DNA from: an uncultured bacterium
Lineage (GTDB): Bacteria; Auribacterota; JACPWU01
Direction: 5' to 3'
DNA: 5,574 nucleotides
Assembly (NCBI GenBank): GCA_964640155.1
Contig: CAZXEQ010000012.1
Span: 1 to 5,574, forward strand
The first letter of the stretch is position 1. Every line of letters begins with the position of its first letter. Positions 1 through 5,545 of the stretch are shown piece by piece. Made by a program: the position numbers and the translations under genes. The notes beneath the pieces were generated by a model that did not search any database, was not told the DNA's origin, and was given only the letters and a program-made list of their open reading frames with translations.

Positions 1-595
1 CTAGGTGATTCTTGAACTTTGTTGTTTCGTTTCCATACTGGTCCCAACCAGGTCTATGCTCCCTTGAGAAGAAGTCAATTTTCCTTCTTCCAGGAAAGTA
101 ATCATCTAGCATCTTGTAAAAGCATTCTGGCTTTCTGGAATGCTCTCTTCTGGGTTCTTCGATAATGTCTCTTAGGTTAGTAATGCCCCAGCGAGGATGC
201 CCCATGATTCCTAAAAGACAGAATTCACATTGCATTCTGAACCAATATCCCACTCCCATTCGTTTTTTGTCCCATATCAAGAGTCCTTTGTAAGCAAACC
301 CCCATTTATCCATGATAATTTTTGCATCAAAAAGAAATTTATGTGTGCTCCACAGCCAAAGAATACAGTCATCTGCTATTAATGATGGATCAAGAATATC
401 TTCTATCTCTTTTAAGCTCATCTCAGGATAGGGACTAGCTACCTTTCTGCCCACTGGGTCATAAGCAGTGTTGTAAGGCCATGGTGAATCCATAACGATG
501 ATTTCGTATTTTCCTTCAGGAAGATTTAGTTCACTAGTTCTTATCTCTTCCTTTTGTTGCTCAATGTCATTTGTACGTTCAAGCTGCGTTGTCAT
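1..595 (-). CDS. MT-A70 family N6-adenine DNA methyltransferase; 3' end runs off the left window edge
   Basis: Absent from the supplied ORF track because there is no in-window stop. My translation of the minus strand from ATG 595-593 stays open for 198 codons: MTTQLERTNDIEQQKEEIRTSELNLPEGKYEIIVMDSPWPYNTAYDPVGRKVASPYPEMSLKEIEDILDPSLIADDCILWLWSTHKFLFDAKIIMDKWGFAYKGLLIWDKKRMGVGYWFRMQCEFCLLGIMGHPRWGITNLRDIIEEPRREHSRKPECFYKMLDDYFPGRRKIDFFSREHRPGWDQYGNETTKFKNHL... It carries the MT-A70 signature blocks: a DPPW-type catalytic motif (here VMDSPW), LWLW, WGFAYK..LIWDK...GVGYWFR...EFCLLG, EHSRKPE, and FSRE.RPGWDQYGNE. An AGGA lies about 11 nt upstream of the ATG. Confidence 0.85.
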   Translation of the reverse strand, partial: MTTQLERTNDIEQQKEEIRTSELNLPEGKYEIIVMDSPWPYNTAYDPVGRKVASPYPEMSLKEIEDILDPSLIADDCILWLWSTHKFLFDAKIIMDKWGFAYKGLLIWDKKRMGVGYWFRMQCEFCLLGIMGHPRWGITNLRDIIEEPRREHSRKPECFYKMLDDYFPGRRKIDFFSREHRPGWDQYGNETTKFKNHL

Positions 596-630
596 TTCTT
601 ATCTATTCCTGACGACAGGATTATCCTGAG

Positions 631-966
631 CTATTGTGTTTCTTTATTGGGCATTGCATTCCCTGACTTTATCGAGATTATTTTGCCCTCGAATAAGTTC
701 AATGCATATTTAACTAAAGGATGCTCTTCAAGATTCCCTGTCCACTTATCATCGTTATGATTGATCTTTTGTTGCAAATCCTCGGTCTCAATCTTCAGAT
801 AATCAATAATTGCTTGTTTATTCTCTTTAAGATTTTGTAATAGCTGTTTTGCTTCTTTTTCATTTGGTACATCTGTTCCTATAAACTGATAGATCAACTT
901 ATTCCCTTCAGTGCTTATTCGGTAACCCAAGGATTTCACTCGACCAATAATCGTTCCAATATTCAT
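631..966 (-). CDS. Small hypothetical protein (111 aa); N-terminal half resembles a TubC_N-type docking domain
   Basis: ORF in the track. Its ATG overlaps the stop of the upstream P-loop gene as ATGA (963-966), which suggests translational coupling. Residues about 5-57 (TIIGRVKSLGYRISTEGNKLIYQFIGTDVPNEKEAKQLLQNLKENKQAIIDYL) follow the pattern G-[VY]-x-[LI]-x-x-EG-[DN]-[KR]-L-x-Y ... L-x-x-x-K-x-x-[IL][IL]-x-x-L seen in TubC N-terminal docking domains. This is pattern recognition only. Confidence 0.6.
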   Translation of the reverse strand: MNIGTIIGRVKSLGYRISTEGNKLIYQFIGTDVPNEKEAKQLLQNLKENKQAIIDYLKIETEDLQQKINHNDDKWTGNLEEHPLVKYALNLFEGKIISIKSGNAMPNKETQ

Positions 967-2777
967 ATTTCCCCACCCAAAAGATCTACACTTGACTCAG
1001 CAGGTTGTTTCTTGTTTTCAGTGGTTTTAGTGGTCAGGTGGTCTAAGTCCTTATCGTTGAGATGAATAGGAGCAACCACTTCATTTCGGATAGGTGGTTG
1101 CAATGTGGTATTGCCGACCACCTCTGATATCTCACTATTCAGTATGTGGTAGCCTGAATCATACGTATTTTCCTGCTTCGGCACCACATCACCACCTGAA
1201 CCACTTGTTTCAGAGAATCTATTCAGAACATCTTTGATGTGGGCTTTAGTGAACACATACGCTCGTTTACGATTCTTTCTAGGTGCCGGTCGAACATAAA
1301 GGCTCAATTCTCCAATTTTTTTACCAGTCCAAGTTTGCATTCCCTTTGGGTTTATTTCTTCAGTAGTGTTCAATGCAGCCGCAATTTCATTAATAGACAA
1401 TATTAGTTCTTGATTCTCTTCTGATCCTTCTAACAGATTAATGATCGCATCAATTAGTTCATGTTCTTTGTCTGACAGCTCTGCCTGAGTCTCTAGCATT
1501 GACTCGAGAAAAGCTTTTTTGATATCTTCTCGTTCTTCACTCGATACCTTTTCAAGCAGTAGAATAGTTTCTATAGGCTTCCATAATTCTTTGATTCTTT
1601 GTTTAACTCCTATCCCAGCCGCAGAATAAATGTTTTTAACTTCTCTGCATTTTGTGAGTAATAACCTGTATAGTTTATCTCTCAATTGAGGCCATACTGG
1701 TAAGTGCGGTTCTGGATATGGATATTCTCTCTTAGCCCGCAACATTGGAACTAAAATGCAGCGATCTTTTAGATCTGAATCGATTTCTTTCGTTGCTGCA
1801 AAAGCCTTAGGTGAATAAGTTTCGAACTCAATAATTTTTCTCGATTTGTTTGTAATACTGACAATCCTGCGCCGTCCACCTCCTGACGTATAGCTATCAG
1901 CTAAAAACCCAAGTATTTCTAAATTCTTCTTATCGCTTAATGATTCTGCTTGATCATTACAAAATGTTCCTCTGACTCCGTCTATACTGTCTGACATCGA
2001 TGCAGTCGATATCCCTTTAATTTTCATAGCATTGAATGCAACTCTCTCTAATAAATCCAGAGATCTGCTTTTACCTGATTGTTTTTTTCCATAGAAGAAA
2101 AGAAAGGGGAAAGCATTGAAAAAACGGTGAAAATACGTTGCTATAATCCATGCGGCTATTAATCCATAGTGCGCATCTTTTTGAAATTCAATAAAATGCT
2201 TTAATGTTTCTTTAATCTCAACAAAAAGCCTTTCTGGAGATTTCGGATTTTTAGCAAAGTCGAGCAAGATATCTTTATTCCATTTTTCATTAACCTGAAT
2301 CAGCAATCTATCCCTTATGTCAAAAATAATTTTTTTGTCTCCTAAAGTAAAAACCGAATCACCTTCATGCACAGAAAATCCTTCCTCCTTTCCAATCAGA
2401 TAAAAATTTCTATCCTGCGGAGCATCATCTATGATTACCTTCTCTCGAAAACCAAGGCTCAAAAAATCCTCATTAACTTCATACGCGGGATGTGCAATAA
2501 CGATGTTGCGATCTATAGATTTTTCTTGAGTCTCTTTATAAAATGGCTTTAATGAATTCTTAACGGTTGTTATTGATACTCCAAGTCTCTCGGCAAGATC
2601 TTTGATCATTAATTCCTTTTCTAATCTGTCCGCGACACAGGCAATTTCCTTTAGCAAGCTCGCATAATTTTCACGATTCGCTTCATTTACACGCACTTCT
2701 AAACTTTTGTATTCCTCAACTGGCAATTTCTTTAATTCATCAATTGAATGGTTAAGCAGGTAATCATCTACTTTCAT
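963..2777 (-). CDS. HTH plus P-loop NTPase, putative replicative (D5/P4/SF3-like) helicase partner of the Toprim protein
   Basis: 604-aa ORF. There is a clear Walker A, FLFFYGKKQSGKSRS (G230-S237, nt 2067-2090; checked as GGA AAA AAA CAA TCA GGT AAA AGC on the minus strand). It sits mid-protein after a domain of about 150 aa, as in primase-associated helicases. Candidate Walker B segments are GTFCNDQAE or LGFLADS. An arginine-rich block GGGRRR follows. An HTH-like segment lies near the N-terminus (MIKDLAERLGVSITTVKNSL). The C-terminal 90 aa or so are low-complexity and look disordered. ATGA overlaps with both neighbours (2774-2777 and 963-966). Confidence 0.7.
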   Translation of the reverse strand: MKVDDYLLNHSIDELKKLPVEEYKSLEVRVNEANRENYASLLKEIACVADRLEKELMIKDLAERLGVSITTVKNSLKPFYKETQEKSIDRNIVIAHPAYEVNEDFLSLGFREKVIIDDAPQDRNFYLIGKEEGFSVHEGDSVFTLGDKKIIFDIRDRLLIQVNEKWNKDILLDFAKNPKSPERLFVEIKETLKHFIEFQKDAHYGLIAAWIIATYFHRFFNAFPFLFFYGKKQSGKSRSLDLLERVAFNAMKIKGISTASMSDSIDGVRGTFCNDQAESLSDKKNLEILGFLADSYTSGGGRRRIVSITNKSRKIIEFETYSPKAFAATKEIDSDLKDRCILVPMLRAKREYPYPEPHLPVWPQLRDKLYRLLLTKCREVKNIYSAAGIGVKQRIKELWKPIETILLLEKVSSEEREDIKKAFLESMLETQAELSDKEHELIDAIINLLEGSEENQELILSINEIAAALNTTEEINPKGMQTWTGKKIGELSLYVRPAPRKNRKRAYVFTKAHIKDVLNRFSETSGSGGDVVPKQENTYDSGYHILNSEISEVVGNTTLQPPIRNEVVAPIHLNDKDLDHLTTKTTENKKQPAESSVDLLGGEI

Positions 2778-3418
2778 AACTCACCATCTGGCAATTGAAC
2801 TATAAATACTCTTGCTCCTCTTTCTGTTAATTTTTGACAAAGTCTGTTTACTGCTTGAATCAGATTCTTTTTATAACCGTGCTTATTGAGACTTTTATAA
2901 TCAGAGTCAGGAATGATATAAACCATCCTCTCTTGAAAATTAATCAGATCAAAATCTGCAATAATGTCTTCGTCCTTATTTTTCCAATTCCAGAGACCTG
3001 ATAAGCCAATGCATGGCAACCCTTCTTGGCATACTTTAAGGCTTTTTTTCTCACCCTCTGTAAAATAGATAGGAATTGAAGTATCCTGAAGAATTAGTCT
3101 TGCTTTATTGGGAATAAATAGCCGATTGTCAGATCCAGATGGTTGGCGATATTTTGGTTTTTCCTCTTTGAAATTCTCATCGTAATAAAGTTTGTACCTA
3201 TAGAGATTTGTTTGCGGATAGGGTATCTGGTAGGCACTTGTTATACCTGTAGTATTAAACCCCAATTTATTGTTAATCATATTCGGGGGAACTGTATGAA
3301 TGCCCGATTCAATTACAGTCTCTTCACTTAAGCCAGACTTCTCTAAGTCAGCCCAATGGTCTGGGTGAAATTTACTTTTTAGTTCTTCGTTCATTAAATA
3401 AGCCTTTTCGTTTGCCAT
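2774..3418 (-). CDS. Toprim-domain protein (DUF3854-like), putative primase catalytic subunit
   Basis: 214-aa ORF. The Toprim signature is a conserved acidic Glu in IYFTEGEKKSLK (E121/E123), followed about 50 aa later by DxD in VYIIPDSD (D171, D173). The N-terminal HWADLEKSGLSEETVIESGIHTV segment and KYRQPSGS..RLFIP are typical of DUF3854/Toprim-like proteins encoded next to P-loop helicases on mobile elements. I see no zinc-finger Cys/His cluster. The gap to the upstream XRE gene is only 9 nt and there is no obvious SD. Confidence 0.75.
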   Translation of the reverse strand: MANEKAYLMNEELKSKFHPDHWADLEKSGLSEETVIESGIHTVPPNMINNKLGFNTTGITSAYQIPYPQTNLYRYKLYYDENFKEEKPKYRQPSGSDNRLFIPNKARLILQDTSIPIYFTEGEKKSLKVCQEGLPCIGLSGLWNWKNKDEDIIADFDLINFQERMVYIIPDSDYKSLNKHGYKKNLIQAVNRLCQKLTERGARVFIVQLPDGEL

Positions 3419-3427
3419 AAAAATTCA

Positions 3428-3616
3428 TCAGAAGAGATCTTCAACTTTTCTTCCTAATGCTTTTGCAATTCTCTGTTTGATTTCAGGTGAAGGCATCAGC
3501 CGTCCAAGTTCTATCAGAGATAAGCATTGGGGGGAAATACTAGCTTTTTGAGCCAGCTGCCAGGCCTTCATATTCTTCATGAATCGAGAATTCTTAAGAT
3601 TTATATTGATTGTCAT
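3428..3616 (-). CDS. XRE/Cro-CI family helix-turn-helix transcriptional regulator (62 aa)
   Basis: MKAWQLAQKASISPQCLSLIELGRLMPSPEIKQRIAKALGRKVEDLF fits the HTH_3/XRE pattern (Q-x-x-LA-x-x-x-x-IS-x-x-x-LS-x-IE-x-G, ending L..IA.AL...V.DLF). A good SD, GAGGTG, lies 5 nt upstream of the ATG (minus strand ...AGAGGTGCTGAAATG). It is the first gene of the tightly packed downstream operon. Confidence 0.8.
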   Translation of the reverse strand: MTININLKNSRFMKNMKAWQLAQKASISPQCLSLIELGRLMPSPEIKQRIAKALGRKVEDLF

Positions 3617-3639
3617 TTCAGCACCTCTATCTTTCTATT

Positions 3640-3665
3640 CCATTTTATCAAATGGATAAATTATC
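3640..3665 (-). promoter_or_regulatory. Candidate operator palindromes overlapping an extended -10 promoter element for the xre-toprim-helicase operon
   Basis: The plus strand reads CCATTT-TATC-AAATGG at 3640-3655, a perfect inverted repeat with 6-bp arms. GATAA-A-TTATC follows immediately at 3655-3665. On the minus strand, TGATAAAAT (3650->3642) matches an extended -10 (TGnTATAAT, 5/6 in the hexamer). It lies inside the first palindrome, about 26 nt upstream of the xre ATG. I found no good -35. Confidence 0.4.
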
Positions 3666-3823
3666 GCAGTCAGTGTCGAGTAGGTATTCGACCCCCTTAG
3701 AAGTATGTTGTCTTAGAAAGAGTTGCAACAATAAAAAAACTTTTATCGGAAAATTTCTACTGAGATAATAGTTCAGAGTTAGAACTGAATTTTTTTGATT
3801 TGAATAGAGGGGATTTAGATTAG

Positions 3824-4795
3824 TTATTGTGTTGAAAAAGACTGGAAGTGAGGAAATATCAATTTTTGAACATCCCTGATGCAGTTAGAAGTGAATGTCA
3901 ACCTACTTTTAACTTCTTTTTGAACAGCTTCATATCGAGGATGTTCCTTATAGGAATTTTTCTGCTCATCATACAATCTCCCCTTTTTTAGAATGGGAGA
4001 TTGTATTTGCAAATACTTTTTATCGTTTTCCATAGGGTTTTTCATAATGATAAATTTTGTAATATTTTCGGAACCCCAATATTTCTTCACATGTATGTCG
4101 TAAATATAAAATATCTCTTTTAAGACCTCAAATGAAGGTTTTTCATAATCCATATGCTTAAGAAGCGAATATTTGCAATAAGTCAGAAGAGTTGGCTTCT
4201 TTATTCTTGGCATTAATACCCCTGTTTGCTCCTGAAAAAGATTCTTTGCTATAGCAACTTTTGTGTTAATTGAGGAAAAAACATCGCCAATCGGATAGGT
4301 AGCATTAAACCCCGTGGACACATAGCCTTTTCTTTCAAGATCTTCTGACCAAGGGGCTATAGCAGGAAGGTTTGGTATAAGTGGGTGTCTTTTTTCATGC
4401 TTTAAGACTCTAATCTTCTTCAATTCTTCGTCTTCTTTATGTTTTGTAAAGCAGGGAAAACGGTCCCATTTCTTTAAAAAGATGTTTCTCTTATCTAAAA
4501 TAGTTCGTAAAGGCGCTGTTTCTCCTTCATATATCATATTGCCGTTAGTTATAAGGTTATACAATTGTTTGGAACTAATTAACTCTTTTTTCCTTTTCAC
4601 TTTTTCTTCATCTTCAGAGGTAATTATTTTCTCAATCATATCAAGAGTTTTTGCATCTTTCACGCTTGTCGTTTTTTTAAATTTTTCCGAATCTTCTAAA
4701 AAAGAATTGTTCCTTAAGAGGCATCTTCCAAGAAAAATTTCCCATATCCTTTGCTCTAAAAATAATCCTTCAGCGTTTTTCTTCCCTTTAGACAT
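3824..4795 (-). CDS. Hypothetical protein, 323 aa, lysine/glutamate-rich, no recognisable domain
   Basis: Long ORF with a strong SD (GGAGG, 4804-4800) 4 nt upstream of the ATG. It is flanked by 246-bp and 207-bp non-coding regions, so it looks like its own transcription/translation unit. I find no Walker A, Toprim, HTH or recombinase signature, and no clear PD-(D/E)xK. Confidence 0.7.
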   Translation of the reverse strand: MSKGKKNAEGLFLEQRIWEIFLGRCLLRNNSFLEDSEKFKKTTSVKDAKTLDMIEKIITSEDEEKVKRKKELISSKQLYNLITNGNMIYEGETAPLRTILDKRNIFLKKWDRFPCFTKHKEDEELKKIRVLKHEKRHPLIPNLPAIAPWSEDLERKGYVSTGFNATYPIGDVFSSINTKVAIAKNLFQEQTGVLMPRIKKPTLLTYCKYSLLKHMDYEKPSFEVLKEIFYIYDIHVKKYWGSENITKFIIMKNPMENDKKYLQIQSPILKKGRLYDEQKNSYKEHPRYEAVQKEVKSRLTFTSNCIRDVQKLIFPHFQSFSTQ

Positions 4796-4798
4796 TCA

Positions 4799-4848
4799 AC
4801 CTCCACCAAGGTTGAGCATGGGAGGTAGCCTGTGGTGGCAAGCTACCC
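4799..4848 (-). promoter_or_regulatory. Structured 5' leader of the 323-aa gene with SD-sequestering alternative helices
   Basis: The minus-strand RNA 5'-GGGUAGCUUG[CCACCA]CAGGCUACCU-3' (4848->4823) forms a 10-bp hairpin (2 G.U pairs) with a hexaloop. ACCUCC (4826-4821) is complementary to the SD region GGAGGU (4804-4799). The loop CCACCA (4838-4833) is complementary to UGGUGG (4808-4803). The hairpin and the anti-SD:SD helix share nt 4823-4826, so they are mutually exclusive. Confidence 0.4.
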
Positions 4849-5041
4849 AAAATTCAGAAAGGAACCCATGCCTAAATTATTAATATTATTAAAGCAGCTC
4901 AAAATAGCAGATTTTTAAATCTACTAAACACATACCTACGCTCGAATCACATTCTCAAAAAATTCTCACGTGTCTCCAATCGGCTCAAAACATTCATTAA
5001 GCCGAGATATCTTGGGGGACCACACCCCTACCCCCCCTATA

Positions 5042-5512
5042 CTAATCATCAGATGATAACAGTTTCATAATTTCATCTTTAACATCAAAATTTAAATTCA
5101 TCGACGTATTAATATTGAAGTTCTTAAGCTTGCCTGAGATCTGAAGCGCTAATCGACTTACATTTGCACGGACCTCATCCTTTGTTTTGGAGGAGGTAAG
5201 TAGGTCTAGAATAGTTGCTGCACCTAAATCACCTAGCCCTAGATCACCTAAACTATGGTAAGCAGTAATAGCACGTCTAAGTTTGGGAGATTTAATCTGA
5301 CGATAAATGGTTACATTTGCTGTTTTCTCGGCGTATCCCACAGCCCGTGCAGCTCCAGAAATCGAATTATGCTTTGATAATTCTTTCACAAAAGCTTTTT
5401 GTCTTGGACGTAGGCCTTCTAAGGCTTCTTCCTTTCTTCTTGATTCATTCATTTGCTCTTCGGATGGTTTATCTGTCATCAGCTTTCTCAAAAATATACC
5501 TTTCTGCGACAT
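5042..5512 (-). CDS. terS: Terminase small subunit-like protein (Terminase_2-type HTH), 156 aa
   Basis: LRPRQKAFVKELSKHNSISGAARAVGYAEKTANVTIYRQIKSPKLRRAITAY follows the Terminase_2 N-terminal pattern (L-[ST]-P-[KR]-Q-x-x-F-[VA]-x-E-[YL] ... AA-x-x-AGY-[SA]-x-K-[TS]-A ... L-x-x-P-x-[IV]-x-x-AI) seen in SPP1-type G1P small terminases. The size is typical for TerS. The SD is weak (AAGG only 2-3 nt from the ATG), so the true start could be the downstream Met12. Confidence 0.7.
   Translation of the reverse strand: MSQKGIFLRKLMTDKPSEEQMNESRRKEEALEGLRPRQKAFVKELSKHNSISGAARAVGYAEKTANVTIYRQIKSPKLRRAITAYHSLGDLGLGDLGAATILDLLTSSKTKDEVRANVSRLALQISGKLKNFNINTSMNLNFDVKDEIMKLLSSDD
5222..5251 (-). repeat. Imperfect 15-nt tandem duplication inside the terS-like gene (encodes LGDLG-LGDLG)
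   Basis: Minus strand: TTAGGTGATCTAGGG / CTAGGTGATTTAGGT, 12/15 identical. All three differences are synonymous. A third TAGGTG-containing copy boundary (CACCTA on the plus strand) lies at 5221-5226. Confidence 0.6.
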
Positions 5513-5545
5513 TGCCTTCTATTAATTAGACAATCTCAAATATTT

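Noticed and set aside
554-760. Plus-strand ORFs from the track: 554-760, 2367-2552, 3143-3331, 4482-4883, 5307-5525 and 5317-5529
   Set aside because: Each is embedded antisense to (or straddles) a longer minus-strand gene that has clear family motifs. Their translations are F/L/S/I-rich and low-complexity, as expected from reading K/E-rich genes backwards. None has a convincing SD. They are shadow ORFs.
963-3418. Toprim protein plus P-loop ATPase read as an OLD/Gabija/PARIS-type anti-phage nuclease pair
   Set aside because: OLD, GajA and AriA ATPases are ABC-type, with the Walker A at the extreme N-terminus. Here the Walker A is at residue 230, behind an HTH and another domain, as in primase-associated helicases. 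The Toprim protein has the DUF3854-like N-terminal segment, and the pair sits behind an XRE regulator in a replication-module position. The idea is not fully excluded without profile searches (see the split primase-helicase finding).
3770-3796. Hairpin AGTTC-N7-GAACT followed by T7 on the plus strand, looking like a rho-independent terminator
   Set aside because: The stem is only 5 bp and AT-rich, 3 nt separate it from the T-run, and no plus-strand gene precedes it. On the minus strand, where the 323-aa gene ends, the A-run precedes the hairpin, which is the wrong polarity for a terminator.
3824-4795. 323-aa ORF as large terminase, or as a tyrosine recombinase (HEKRH string resembles HxxR)
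   Set aside because: It has no Walker A/B ATPase motifs and is too short for TerL. The HxxR-like string lacks the surrounding R...K...H/W...Y context and the LGH-type box, and the spacing to the nearest Tyr does not fit.
4967-4972. CACGTG palindrome
   Set aside because: A single 6-bp palindrome with non-symmetric flanks is compatible with chance.
4947-4997. 16-codon minus-strand mini-ORF (MNVLSRLETRENFLRM) in the intergenic region
   Set aside because: It has no SD and no supporting context, and its length is what chance would give in AT-rich DNA.
5014-5037. G-quadruplex on the minus strand (G7, G4, GG runs)
   Set aside because: There are only three runs of three or more G even if G7 is split, and the fourth run is GG. 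It therefore fails the canonical four-tract G3+ pattern.
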